Shown: one piece after another, positions 1 through 9,437 of the stretch
How positions within the stretch are numbered: position 1 is the stretch's first letter
Layout of the letters: each line of letters begins with the position of its first letter
Origin: a phage
Strand: one strand, 5' to 3'
Length of the DNA stretch: 64,000 nt
NCBI GenBank assembly: GCA_019326865.1
Contig: GCA_019326865.1_4101.1
Notes under the pieces: model-generated
What the model was told of the DNA's origin: nothing
What the model saw: the letters and a program-made list of their open reading frames with translations, nothing else
The model's database searches: none
Program-made: the position numbers and the translations under genes

Positions 1-27
1 TTTTGTAATTTAAACAAAGGTGATTTA

Positions 28-303
28 ATGCACAGTGCGAATGAGTATATTCATTTTATGGATGGTAAATTCACATTCATTGATTACAGTTCATTACAAT
101 ATCCACATCAAGATATGCCGGACTATACAATAATGAATGAGGCTGAACTATTTCAAGCTTCATTAGTATTTGACAAGAAGTACATCTGTACATTTGAAGA
201 AGTAATTACTATACAAAATGAAATGAAGGAGTATGCATCTTTGAATAAACCCAATGAAGGTATTAATCAAGAATACAAATTCAATATAGAGATTCCAAAA
301 TGA
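28..303 (+). CDS. hypothetical small protein, FamA (acidic-aromatic FQ motif family)
   Basis: 91 aa ORF; C-terminal 'NEAELFQASLVFDKKYICTFEE' matches FamA motif. Confidence 0.55.
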   Translation: MHSANEYIHFMDGKFTFIDYSSLQYPHQDMPDYTIMNEAELFQASLVFDKKYICTFEEVITIQNEMKEYASLNKPNEGINQEYKFNIEIPK

Positions 304-659
304 CATATGATTATTCTATGTACTATTATAAGTTACCTAAAGGATGGGACTTGTGCTGTAATCTTATTAAGGGAGACTCGGAACATGAGTTGAATTTATA
401 TATGCACTACAAAGATTCTTGTTTTAAATTTATTCATGTATCACATGATGACTATGACTATGAATCTGAGAGTCTTATAGATTATACAGTACTGGACGAT
501 GGCGAACTATTTCAGGAAGCATTAGTGTTTGATAAGAATAAGTACTCCTGTACATTTGAAGAAATGGTTTCTTTGCAAACTGAAATGAAGAGATTTGAAA
601 AAGAAAACGTATTTAATCCATCCCCATCAAGAACGAATAATTATTATTTCAATATATGA
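300..659 (+). CDS. hypothetical protein, FamA
   Basis: 119 aa; 'LDDGELFQEALVFDKNKYSCTFEE'; ATGA overlap with upstream ORF. Confidence 0.6.
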   Translation: MTYDYSMYYYKLPKGWDLCCNLIKGDSEHELNLYMHYKDSCFKFIHVSHDDYDYESESLIDYTVLDDGELFQEALVFDKNKYSCTFEEMVSLQTEMKRFEKENVFNPSPSRTNNYYFNI

Positions 660-668
660 GATTATAAA

Positions 669-1151
669 ATGACATTACAGAGTTCATTGGAAAAAGCAAA
701 GAAGATTCATGAGTACATGAATATGGCAAAAGAAGGTTCAGTTTACGGTGTTTTCAAAGACACAAGTACTCAATATTATGTGCCGGATAACCTCCTTTAT
801 AATGACTACTCAGATACAGAAACGTGCGTACTGGATACCGACCCTAAAGATTATGAATGTTTCATTGATATGCATTATGAGTACATGGTCTATATTAATG
901 ATGCAGATATTACCATATACAGTACTGACTGCGATTCTGATGACATTATAATTCCTAGTGAAGTTCTGAATGGCCCGTGGGATAGTGAAGAGTATTACTT
1001 CCAACAAAGTACTGTATACAATGAAGAAGTACTTGATGTTATTATAATTATGTGGTACTTTAAAAATATTGGTTCTGATAACTTCTATTTCGATTACAGA
1101 TACGTAAAGAAAGCTATAGATAACGATATTAATAAACCACACGGGGGTTGA
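669..1151 (+). CDS. hypothetical protein, FamA
   Basis: 160 aa; N-term 'MTLQSSLEKAKKIHEY', C-term 'EEYYFQQSTVYNEEVLDVIIIMWYFK'. Confidence 0.7.
   Translation: MTLQSSLEKAKKIHEYMNMAKEGSVYGVFKDTSTQYYVPDNLLYNDYSDTETCVLDTDPKDYECFIDMHYEYMVYINDADITIYSTDCDSDDIIIPSEVLNGPWDSEEYYFQQSTVYNEEVLDVIIIMWYFKNIGSDNFYFDYRYVKKAIDNDINKPHGG
975..1071 (+). repeat. direct repeat copy A (FamA conserved C-terminal coding segment)
   Basis: about 90 percent identical to 2375-2471 by eye, including identical 26-mer 'ccgtgggatagtgaagagtattactt'. Confidence 0.7.
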
Positions 1152-1152
1152 A

Positions 1153-1623
1153 ATGAGTTTAGAAAGAGCATTAGAGATTGCGAAGTTAATTGATTTATGC
1201 AGCAAAGAAATTGTATCAAATTGTCTCAATGGATATCTATTCAAGGAAGGTAAATCATATTGTCGAATGAGATACGATGACAGTAGTGAGTATATTCACA
1301 TGTATGAAGAAGACCTTGATGATTCCGAAATAACACTGAATGGGTGTGATGTTAATCTGGAAGATAATTACATTTACTTCAGTCGTGGTGCTGATATTTT
1401 AATACAAGAAACATCAATTCAACATGTGAATCCAGATGTATATCTTCCATATTCAGTACTGGATAATGACTGGGGAAGTGAAGAGGTTTACTTTCAGCAT
1501 AATACTATCTACGATGAAGATGTGCTTGACAAGCTTGTCATTCTGTGGTACTTTAAGAACACTGATACTCCCAACTTCTATATGGATTTGGATCTACTAC
1601 GAGTTATAAAAGAGGATATATGA
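1153..1623 (+). CDS. hypothetical protein, FamA
   Basis: 156 aa; 'MSLERALEIAKLI' and 'EEVYFQHNTIYDEDVLDKLVILWYFK'. Confidence 0.7.
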   Translation: MSLERALEIAKLIDLCSKEIVSNCLNGYLFKEGKSYCRMRYDDSSEYIHMYEEDLDDSEITLNGCDVNLEDNYIYFSRGADILIQETSIQHVNPDVYLPYSVLDNDWGSEEVYFQHNTIYDEDVLDKLVILWYFKNTDTPNFYMDLDLLRVIKEDI

Positions 1624-2063
1624 GTTTAGCAAGTGCACTTAAACTGGCACACAAAATACATCACTTCCACGATAACATAAAAAGTGGGTTCAATGGTGAT
1701 AAAGTAAGTGCATTGGGTAATGAGTATTATCTATCAGGTATAAAGACATACTCTGATGATATTTTACTTATGGGACATGATAAAGACAATACTATACAGT
1801 ACTCTTCATGTAGTCAATATACTAGTTTTATGGTATATATTCCAGGTACTAAGATTACGTTTGACACATCAAATTCACCTGTTGACTTCGGGGTACTTGA
1901 TGGCCCGTGGGGTACTGAAGAGTATTACTTCCAACAGAGTCTTATTTTCAACCAAGAAATTCTTGATTCCTTGGTTGTTTTGTGGTACTTTAAGGAATTG
2001 AATTTTGAACCATTCTTTCTTGACTGGGGAGCATGTGAGTATTTAAGTACAGGGGATTTGTAA
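1620..2063 (+). CDS. hypothetical protein, FamA
   Basis: 147 aa; 'MSLASALKLAHKIH' and 'EEYYFQQSLIFNQEILDSLVVLWYFK'; ATGA overlap. Confidence 0.7.
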   Translation: MSLASALKLAHKIHHFHDNIKSGFNGDKVSALGNEYYLSGIKTYSDDILLMGHDKDNTIQYSSCSQYTSFMVYIPGTKITFDTSNSPVDFGVLDGPWGTEEYYFQQSLIFNQEILDSLVVLWYFKELNFEPFFLDWGACEYLSTGDL

Positions 2064-2551
2064 TGTCGTTACAAAGTGCATTAAAAGAAGCAAAGAAAAT
2101 CCATGAGTACATGATTATGGTACAAGAAGGTTCAGTCCCAGGTGTGTATAAAACATCTGATACTGAATTTTTTGTAAAAGACCGTGACGATTATGATGAG
2201 TCAGAGATATGTGCAGAAACGTTAGTACTGCACACTGATACTGGTGATAGTGATAACTGTGAATATCATATGTACAATCAATACATTAGTTATTGCCGTA
2301 ATGAAGATATTACCATCTACAACACAGATATTGATGCTGATGACACTATCATTCCGTATTCAGTACTGGAAGGTCCGTGGGATAGTGAAGAGTATTACTT
2401 TCAGAATAGTACTATCTACAATGAAGAAGAACTGGATGTTATTGTGATTATGTGGTACTTTAAAAGTATTGACTCCAGTAGTTTCTATTTTGATTATGAA
2501 TATGTAGAGAATACAGTAGGAGAAGGTAATGTCATTACAAAGTGCTCTTGA
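2063..2551 (+). CDS. hypothetical protein, FamA (close paralog of 669-1151)
   Basis: 162 aa; 'MSLQSALKEAKKIHEY', 'EEYYFQNSTIYNEEELDVIVIMWYFK'; about 90 percent nt identity to 975-1071. Confidence 0.7.
   Translation: MSLQSALKEAKKIHEYMIMVQEGSVPGVYKTSDTEFFVKDRDDYDESEICAETLVLHTDTGDSDNCEYHMYNQYISYCRNEDITIYNTDIDADDTIIPYSVLEGPWDSEEYYFQNSTIYNEEELDVIVIMWYFKSIDSSSFYFDYEYVENTVGEGNVITKCS
2375..2471 (+). repeat. direct repeat copy B
   Basis: paralogous to 975-1071; N-terminal segments 669-750 and 2063-2145 also similar. Confidence 0.7.
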
Positions 2552-2975
2552 AAAAGCAAAAGAACTACATGGATACTTTGAAGATATAAAGGCAGGAAAG
2601 TTCAAAGAAGTATACAAAGCCGAGAACGGTAACTACTACAAAGATGAAATATATAATAATTCCGTTGGTGTAAGGGTTATTCTTGGGTTGAATTCCAATA
2701 GTCCTGTGTCGTTTTCTGAATACAATAGAGATGCAGAATTCATTAGTTATGTTGAAAATGGTAGCATTCGTTTTATTAATAGACAAAAACCATTAATTTT
2801 GAATTATGAAGTTCTGGATGGTCAATGGGATAATGAAGAGTATTACTTCCAAAACAGTACTGTATACGACGATGAAGTACTTGAAGCATTAGTTATTATG
2901 TGGTACTTCAAGAGTATTAACTGTCCTCGATTTTATTTGGATTTCGAAGAACTTGGTAAAGATCCAGAGGTATAG
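2529..2975 (+). CDS. hypothetical protein, FamA
   Basis: 148 aa; 'MSLQSALEKAKELH', 'EEYYFQNSTVYDDEVLEALVIMWYFK'; GGAG RBS. Confidence 0.7.
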   Translation: MSLQSALEKAKELHGYFEDIKAGKFKEVYKAENGNYYKDEIYNNSVGVRVILGLNSNSPVSFSEYNRDAEFISYVENGSIRFINRQKPLILNYEVLDGQWDNEEYYFQNSTVYDDEVLEALVIMWYFKSINCPRFYLDFEELGKDPEV

Positions 2976-2976
2976 A

Positions 2977-3291
2977 ATGAAAAACTTATTCAGTGTTCAG
3001 TACGTTCCAGGTGAAATTAGTTTATTGTATCTCTTTGACCATGATAATTCATTATTACTAGTAGTAAAGAAATGTCAAGCTAGTTCGTTTGTTGAATACA
3101 TTCACGATAATGAATATATACCTGATTTTTTAGAGTGCGATTATTACGATGATCATGAATCATTTATTTTTCAGGAATCGCTAGTATGGGACAAATCGAT
3201 TAACTTCTTTACGTTAATTGAATTACAAAAGCAAGTGAAGTATCATTGGGATTATTTAATTACACAGGATTACATTGAGATAGAAATATAA
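2977..3291 (+). CDS. hypothetical protein, FamA-like
   Basis: ATG after GAGG (track ORF began at TTG 2953); 'HESFIFQESLVWDK'. Confidence 0.55.
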   Translation: MKNLFSVQYVPGEISLLYLFDHDNSLLLVVKKCQASSFVEYIHDNEYIPDFLECDYYDDHESFIFQESLVWDKSINFFTLIELQKQVKYHWDYLITQDYIEIEI

Positions 3292-3599
3292 TGACTAAAA
3301 ATGAATTTGATTCACTTTGTACTGTTTATAATTCATTAACAGAAATACCTAACTTTATTAGTTATATTTCAGCTTTAAATCACATTATGCATAGTTTTGA
3401 ACAATCGTTTGAGGAGAAATATGCTGGAAGAAAAGTTCTATGTCATATGCCAATGTACTTAGGAGATGGTGAGCCTTACACTACAAGTACTACATGTGAA
3501 ATAAAAAAATATAATATATTATTGGGTACTATAGAATTCACAGTATCCAATGGCGGTAGTTATATGTACTTTAGAGATGGAGTGGTTGAATTATTATGA
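3291..3599 (+). CDS. hypothetical protein
   Basis: 102 aa ORF, stop-start overlap with neighbours, no recognised motif. Confidence 0.45.
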   Translation: MTKNEFDSLCTVYNSLTEIPNFISYISALNHIMHSFEQSFEEKYAGRKVLCHMPMYLGDGEPYTTSTTCEIKKYNILLGTIEFTVSNGGSYMYFRDGVVELL

Positions 3600-4045
3600 G
3601 TTACGAAAGTGCAATCAAGAAAGCAAATGATATTCTACGCGTCGTTCAATTCTTCAAAGAAAATCCTGAATACGTAGATGATAAAAACCAAGAGCACGAT
3701 GAGAGATTGAGACGAAAAATTATCTCTTTATTTGACACTAATAAAGATAATTGGAGTCTAATTGAGTTAGCATACGATTATATTTCATTGAACCGAAATG
3801 ATGATGTAGTTAAGATAGAAAGGCATGAATCAGAAGAATCTTTTAAAATTTCAGATATTTTATCCCTGAGTACTGAAGAAGGGTACTTCCAGGGTAGCAC
3901 TCTTTATAATGAAGAAACACTTGACAATCTATGCACATTCAGTGTAATATATCAGAAATCTGTACTAGATATATTTTATCTTGACACTGCTGAACTGCAT
4001 ACCCTAACCAATTTTGTTACTACCGAAGAGGCTACATTCGAGTGA
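3596..4045 (+). CDS. hypothetical protein, FamA
   Basis: 149 aa; 'MSYESAIKKAN', 'EEGYFQGSTLYNEETLD'. Confidence 0.65.
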   Translation: MSYESAIKKANDILRVVQFFKENPEYVDDKNQEHDERLRRKIISLFDTNKDNWSLIELAYDYISLNRNDDVVKIERHESEESFKISDILSLSTEEGYFQGSTLYNEETLDNLCTFSVIYQKSVLDIFYLDTAELHTLTNFVTTEEATFE

Positions 4046-4578
4046 TGAAAGTTAACATTAATGACTTTGATGCATTACAAGATTTATCAAAAAAGATTCG
4101 CACCATCGTACCAGTACTTAAAAAATGCAGTACTGGTTTAATCGATCCTAGTTCTGTTGTCAATGAGAAGTACAATTTTCATCGTGTATTACAGGGGACA
4201 GGTGCATTTCAGAAGTGTGAGGTACGTGAGAAACATGTAATTGATACATCGTTGTTTTCTATTGGTGCACCTGTGTCAAACAATACTATTTTCCTGGATG
4301 CATCTGGAAATATTCAACAATTAACATTTAAGAAAAGGAAAAAGAATAATAACATTGGTGTGTACGCGATGAAGTGGGGACAGCCAGCGTTGATGCGTGA
4401 CATTCACATTCCTAAGTACAATTTCAATGCATTTGAAGAACAGTGTTTTCAACTTTCTTGTACTGACCCTGACTATGCTATCATTCAATTCTATATGGAA
4501 TTGCAGATTGCATTTAATAGTAATTTGTATATTAACTTATTGGCAATGAACATAGATGAAGTATTCAAAAACATTTAA
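4045..4578 (+). CDS. hypothetical protein, FamA-like
   Basis: ATG 4045 (track start 4042 is GTG); 'EEQCFQLSCTDPDY'. Confidence 0.55.
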   Translation: MKVNINDFDALQDLSKKIRTIVPVLKKCSTGLIDPSSVVNEKYNFHRVLQGTGAFQKCEVREKHVIDTSLFSIGAPVSNNTIFLDASGNIQQLTFKKRKKNNNIGVYAMKWGQPALMRDIHIPKYNFNAFEEQCFQLSCTDPDYAIIQFYMELQIAFNSNLYINLLAMNIDEVFKNI

Positions 4579-4774
4579 TCGAATTGAATACATGAGAACT
4601 GTGAGAGCGGTGTGGAATATATGGTACACTACTAAACCAAAAATGGATTACCATGATTTTAAGCTCTTGTTCTTTGTTGGCTCTAACAAACAGGATGTTG
4701 CAATGAAGGGTTATATTCAGCACTTACAGGAACTAATCCAGAAGAGAATATATGAAAATAATAGACCAAAATGA
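4556..4774 (+). CDS. hypothetical small protein
   Basis: 72 aa ORF, weak RBS, start uncertain (alt ATG 4592). Confidence 0.35.
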   Translation: MKYSKTFNRIEYMRTVRAVWNIWYTTKPKMDYHDFKLLFFVGSNKQDVAMKGYIQHLQELIQKRIYENNRPK

Positions 4775-4943
4775 CATTGCTAAACTATTCAATATATATT
4801 CTACTAGAATGATGCAAACAGATTCATATAGTACTAAATTCAAAGAGTTGAAAGTACTGATGTACTTGGGAACACAATATCAGGAACAAGTTATTTTAGA
4901 ATATATTAATTCATTAAAGAAGGATATCCGTGATGTACGATGA
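4752..4943 (+). CDS. hypothetical small protein
   Basis: 63 aa ORF in co-directional gene train. Confidence 0.35.
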   Translation: MKIIDQNDIAKLFNIYSTRMMQTDSYSTKFKELKVLMYLGTQYQEQVILEYINSLKKDIRDVR

Positions 4944-5493
4944 TTTAGATCTTGCGTTTGAACGCATGAAAATTTTAATGCAATGCAATGAAATGCATGA
5001 GACAATCCGTCGCACCAAAGGGATTGAATATACAAGTAAACTATTCTCATACGAAAGTCGTCGAGGGATGGATCATTTTTACTGCACTGATTGTTCAAAG
5101 TTTTCAGTACTGAAATATTATCATCCTACTGTTTCCAATAATAGTTTAATATCCACATATGACGGTGATCTGTTTAGTGTAATGTATGACACATTACATC
5201 CATCAATTTCAATATATAAAGATTGCGATAGTAGTCTATCGTATATAATTGAAGATTACTTATCTCCTAATACTGAAGAGAATATATTTCAAAACAGTGT
5301 ATTGCATGATGAATTAAGTATAAAATGCATCTATATGTTCAATAAGTTAAAAGAATACGTTGATAATAATTACTTAATTGATGAGTTAGCTGTGTTTTCG
5401 GTTTCAGTTTTCAATACAAATGATGTTGATATGAAATACTATAATGAAATTTGTAAAGTACATAACATGTATAAGGAACTCTTATGCTACTAA
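4930..5493 (+). CDS. hypothetical protein, FamA-like
   Basis: 187 aa; 'TEENIFQNSVLHDE'. Confidence 0.55.
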   Translation: MMYDDLDLAFERMKILMQCNEMHETIRRTKGIEYTSKLFSYESRRGMDHFYCTDCSKFSVLKYYHPTVSNNSLISTYDGDLFSVMYDTLHPSISIYKDCDSSLSYIIEDYLSPNTEENIFQNSVLHDELSIKCIYMFNKLKEYVDNNYLIDELAVFSVSVFNTNDVDMKYYNEICKVHNMYKELLCY

Positions 5494-6086
5494 ATGCCAA
5501 TAAATGTTGTAGTGCAGATGTGCATTTGTTTTTTAAGAAATTGGCAAATGATATTATATATATGCAGGAAATGATTTACCACAAACGAACAGATTTAGAA
5601 AAAGCATTAGTACAGTTCTCCTTTATGCTTGATGGTGATATATTTCTACATGGTGATACATTGCGAACAGTACTGGACGGAAATTCAAATAGAAGTTTCA
5701 TTTGTACAAATAATAAATTTTCTTCCACGATGTGCCGTACTTTTTATAATCCTGATTCGGACTTATATCAAGTGTCGTATTCTAAAGGTGCAGTTGAATC
5801 ATCATATTGTGATAGTTCAGCTTTAGGTAAAAGTCGTCCATATATGCAATCATTTGAAATTGAACTCATCAGTACTGATGAAGATGCAATGTTCACAAAT
5901 GATATAACGATGGATCGTGAATCTGCAATGATATATATTACAAATTCTATGCATACATTCTTTCAACGATTAGAATTTGATAATGTATATATATCAAATG
6001 TAAATATTTTCAATGATCTGTGTCAGTACTTGAAAAGTGTTTGTGATTTTGATGAAAGCTATTGTAAGCTTTATACTGAGGTATAA
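5484..6086 (+). CDS. hypothetical protein
   Basis: 200 aa ORF, weak FamA resemblance. Confidence 0.5.
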   Translation: MLLNANKCCSADVHLFFKKLANDIIYMQEMIYHKRTDLEKALVQFSFMLDGDIFLHGDTLRTVLDGNSNRSFICTNNKFSSTMCRTFYNPDSDLYQVSYSKGAVESSYCDSSALGKSRPYMQSFEIELISTDEDAMFTNDITMDRESAMIYITNSMHTFFQRLEFDNVYISNVNIFNDLCQYLKSVCDFDESYCKLYTEV

Positions 6087-6091
6087 AACAA

Positions 6092-6454
6092 ATGAACACA
6101 TTAAGTATTACATACTATACAACTAAAAAATTAGTTACTTGTTTAATATCATTGAAGTCAAAAAATGATGATATGTTTGATATGGCTGCATATGAATTAG
6201 AATTATCAGAAGATGGTTTCAAGATCTATGAAGTATATAGCTATGTTCGTGAAGATGTAATTGACACTACACTAATGCAAGAGGATGAGTTATTCCAAGA
6301 AAGTTTAGTATGGGATAATAAGTACGATTGTAACTTTGATTTCTTATGTTTAATCCAAAAAGAAATGAAAAGAATCTTTGATAATTATCCAATCAAACGT
6401 TTCAGTACTGCACCTGAGCAATATAAAAGGATTATATTCACCTATGAAGATTGA
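6092..6454 (+). CDS. hypothetical protein, FamA
   Basis: 120 aa; 'QEDELFQESLVWDNKYDCNFD'. Confidence 0.6.
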   Translation: MNTLSITYYTTKKLVTCLISLKSKNDDMFDMAAYELELSEDGFKIYEVYSYVREDVIDTTLMQEDELFQESLVWDNKYDCNFDFLCLIQKEMKRIFDNYPIKRFSTAPEQYKRIIFTYED

Positions 6455-6821
6455 ATTTGAAGTTATTACATATAGTATAGGTGATGGTATCCGTTGCTAC
6501 GTACAAGCAAGGCATATTGTTCCTGATGATAAACTGTCACCCAAAAGTTTCCTTATTACACAAGAACTCTTAGATATTAACAGAGAGAACAAGTATACAT
6601 ATTATCTCACTAAGGGTTATTGTGGTTCGCGTGGTTTTAATATTGTAGCTGTTTCTAGAGATGAAATTGATGATTTAACTGAGTACGGTGAAGAAGAGAT
6701 GTTCCAGTACAGTACTGTTTTTAATGATCTGGATGTGTTTCTGTTACGAAAAATACAACACATTATGCAAGAATGTTTGCATCATAAGAGAGGTATTGTA
6801 TGCGACGTGAAATTGAATTAG
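6444..6821 (+). CDS. hypothetical protein, FamA
   Basis: internal ATG 6444 chosen over overlapping 6378; 'GEEEMFQYSTVFNDLD'. Confidence 0.55.
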   Translation: MKIEFEVITYSIGDGIRCYVQARHIVPDDKLSPKSFLITQELLDINRENKYTYYLTKGYCGSRGFNIVAVSRDEIDDLTEYGEEEMFQYSTVFNDLDVFLLRKIQHIMQECLHHKRGIVCDVKLN

Positions 6822-7141
6822 TTAAAGTAATGTACGCTACTCATATTAAACTACTACTTGTGAAATTTGATTATAATAAAAAACATAATGATTTCTATAC
6901 GTTGATTCGTGATGAAAATTCATTCTCCTTGCGATGCAACAATATACAGTGGACGATAAATGATTTTTCTTCACTTGACGAAGGTGAATTATTTCAAGAA
7001 TCATTAGTTCTTAATAGTAATATAAAAATTGATATAGAAGCTATTAAAAAATACCAGATTTTATTAAACAAAATTATGAATTGTTATCCATGTGAAATAG
7101 GCGGTAATATGCAGTTCAAATCAAAAATGTATGAATTATGA
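6800..7141 (+). CDS. hypothetical protein, FamA
   Basis: 113 aa; 'DEGELFQESLVLN'. Confidence 0.55.
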   Translation: MRREIELVKVMYATHIKLLLVKFDYNKKHNDFYTLIRDENSFSLRCNNIQWTINDFSSLDEGELFQESLVLNSNIKIDIEAIKKYQILLNKIMNCYPCEIGGNMQFKSKMYEL

Positions 7142-7148
7142 GGTTTAT

Positions 7149-7685
7149 ATGTTAGATGAAAAAATGAACGCTGGAACTCAATATAATCATCTTAAGTTGG
7201 ATACATTTGAATCAGCTATCAGTACTGCACAAGATATTATCGATATTATTAAGTACATTAAAGAAAATAAGTTAAAATGTGTGAAAACACCCGAACGTAC
7301 AATGTATAAAGATGACTGTATTCACGTATCTGTTGTTAATCCAAAAGATAAGGATGGTAATAGAGATTTCTATAATAACAGTGAGCAGTTCGAATGTGAA
7401 TATGATCCAGAATTCAGAGGCGGTTTCATGTGTTACAGTATGAAGGATACCTCACACATTGAGATACGTTCATCTAAAGGTGGCATACGTACATTAGAGT
7501 TCATTGATATAGTTTTAAATCAGGAATACTACTTTCAACTATCATTATTGTTTCCTGCATACGATTTAGGAGTTCTATTCATGTATAAGTACTTTTATGA
7601 GCACTTGAATGAAGACTTCTATCTGGACTTAGAAGATTACCAATTAGTTTGGGAAGAAATGGTAGAACTTCGCAACCACCCTTGA
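7149..7685 (+). CDS. hypothetical protein, FamA
   Basis: ATG 7149 after GAGG; 'NQEYYFQLSLLF...FYLDLEDY'. Confidence 0.6.
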   Translation: MLDEKMNAGTQYNHLKLDTFESAISTAQDIIDIIKYIKENKLKCVKTPERTMYKDDCIHVSVVNPKDKDGNRDFYNNSEQFECEYDPEFRGGFMCYSMKDTSHIEIRSSKGGIRTLEFIDIVLNQEYYFQLSLLFPAYDLGVLFMYKYFYEHLNEDFYLDLEDYQLVWEEMVELRNHP

Positions 7686-7711
7686 CACCCACCGATTCTT
7701 TGTGATATAAT
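7682..7711 (+). promoter_or_regulatory. sigma70-like promoter (TTGACA-18-TGATATAAT)
   Basis: -35 TTGACA 7682-7687; extended -10 TGATATAAT 7703-7711; 33 nt upstream of CDS 7745. Confidence 0.6.
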
Positions 7712-7744
7712 CCCTTTATATTAATTTTAAAGGGTTATAACACA

Positions 7745-8221
7745 ATGTCAAACGAACTCACATTCACCAATGCACAAAAGATAGCAAAAGACATTATCAG
7801 GGTTTATAAATTCCTTGCGAATGTTACTGAAGATTTTTTAATTGATAAAAATAAAGTTATTAAGCGAAATGGATACCTTTCCTTTATGGATGGGTTGCTC
7901 TATAGTTCAGATGAGTCAGCTTGTAGTATTAGAGTACTTGATACTGTACCAAGTGGTGATTTTATTTCATACCATTTTCCAAGTTCAGATAAGTTCAAAT
8001 ACTACAATAGTATTCTCATAGCAGAAGACTTTGATACGATTGTAATTAACACTGAAGAAGAGTTCTTCCAGTACAGTACTGTGTACCCAGAGAGGATTGT
8101 TTTCAGTTCAGTGATTTACACTACCCTTAAAAATGAACTAAATTCCGATAGTGATCATTTCTACTTGGACCTGAATAATATCGATTGTATTATTGAGTAC
8201 ATGGAGAAAAATGGTTTATGA
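7745..8221 (+). CDS. hypothetical protein, FamA
   Basis: 158 aa; 'EEEFFQYSTVYPE...HFYLDL'; sigma70-like promoter at 7682-7711. Confidence 0.7.
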   Translation: MSNELTFTNAQKIAKDIIRVYKFLANVTEDFLIDKNKVIKRNGYLSFMDGLLYSSDESACSIRVLDTVPSGDFISYHFPSSDKFKYYNSILIAEDFDTIVINTEEEFFQYSTVYPERIVFSSVIYTTLKNELNSDSDHFYLDLNNIDCIIEYMEKNGL

Positions 8222-8721
8222 TTACTACAGAATATGATTACAATAGTGTCCTTGAATTTGCAGAAAATATATATCGTATTGCAAAGGAGTTCAGAAGTCC
8301 TGAGCCGTTTGGTGGTATGTTCGAATACGATGAGTTTAGTTCATCAAAAGGAAGACTTGCATTTACTAATGGTAGAGGTAATCAAATCTACACAGAGTAC
8401 TTTGATGACAATGACTTTCATCACAAAGCCGAATACATTTCATATTGCCCTGGGTCTGATTTGAAGATTCATATTGAAAGAGATATAGAAAATGTATTTG
8501 TTCCATATACTGATTTAGTCTTCATGTCAGAGGAAATGTACTTTCAGGAATCATTGATTCATGATACAAAAGTACTTAATACTATATTATTATATGGTAC
8601 ACTACTTAATCATTACAAATACAATCAAAGATTCTTTTTAGATTTAGTAGTATACCATCAATGTGTGGATTATTTGAATGCAAAATCAGACAACAATTCA
8701 GTACATGACCGATGGTTCTGA
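8218..8721 (+). CDS. hypothetical protein, FamA
   Basis: 167 aa; 'SEEMYFQESLIHD...RFFLDL'; ATGA overlap. Confidence 0.65.
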   Translation: MITTEYDYNSVLEFAENIYRIAKEFRSPEPFGGMFEYDEFSSSKGRLAFTNGRGNQIYTEYFDDNDFHHKAEYISYCPGSDLKIHIERDIENVFVPYTDLVFMSEEMYFQESLIHDTKVLNTILLYGTLLNHYKYNQRFFLDLVVYHQCVDYLNAKSDNNSVHDRWF

Positions 8722-9040
8722 ATACTTTGTTTCAAGATATGTAATAAATCACAACCATTATGTAACCTATATTCCAGAGTACAATCAATTTTATATCCAG
8801 ATTTATCAACATAATGGAAAGAGAAATGATATATATTCAGAAATAAAAATCCCTGATTATAGTTCTTTATCAGAAGAGGAATTGTTTCAGGAGAGCACTA
8901 TCAGTACTGAAGATGTGTACGAAATAATGGAGTACCAGAAGGTACTTAAACATTTTCATGAAACAAATGATATACAAATAGATATTGTTAAACCGTGGTG
9001 TTACAATACATATGAGGTAAATTATGTTAGAAATGATTAA
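8678..9040 (+). CDS. hypothetical protein, FamA
   Basis: 120 aa; 'SEEELFQESTIS'; start uncertain (alt ATG 8705). Confidence 0.5.
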   Translation: MQNQTTIQYMTDGSEYFVSRYVINHNHYVTYIPEYNQFYIQIYQHNGKRNDIYSEIKIPDYSSLSEEELFQESTISTEDVYEIMEYQKVLKHFHETNDIQIDIVKPWCYNTYEVNYVRND

Positions 9041-9437
9041 AATTATGCAACGCTGTCTTATTGACAAATACGGGATATATGGATATCGTTTAAGTGCTCC
9101 TATTGACAAAAATAAAACAACCTATGTAAGTTATAATGCTGTACAAGGGTTTGATATATTCATTAGTACTAATTATCAAATCAAACAAGCTAAAGATGTG
9201 TCTATAATGACCCCTGATGAGTTATTTCAGTACAGCTTAGTTCTTCCTACATGTATCGATTTACAACGTCTAGGAGCGATACAGAAGGTTTTACGCGAAC
9301 ATAAAGTACAACCCAATAAAGTCACGCACATTCCAGAAACAATCTTCAAAACTATAGAAGTAGAAACCCCTGATTATATGTTAAGTGATGATGAATTCTA
9401 CGAGAAGCACTTCCCTGGTAAAGTTTGGAGAGACTAA
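9024..9437 (+). CDS. hypothetical protein, FamA
   Basis: 137 aa; GAGG RBS; 'TPDELFQYSLVLP'. Confidence 0.55.
   Translation: MLEMIKIMQRCLIDKYGIYGYRLSAPIDKNKTTYVSYNAVQGFDIFISTNYQIKQAKDVSIMTPDELFQYSLVLPTCIDLQRLGAIQKVLREHKVQPNKVTHIPETIFKTIEVETPDYMLSDDEFYEKHFPGKVWRD

Noticed and set aside
810-1244. Antisense ORFs from the track nested inside + strand genes (for example 810-1244, 2360-2617, 2565-2786, 12897-13151, 16271-16522, 16551-16838, 42564-42986, 55017-55406)
   Set aside because: Each lies wholly within a stronger sense-strand ORF that has family conservation or recognisable motifs; they show no RBS context and are typical low-complexity reading-frame artefacts.
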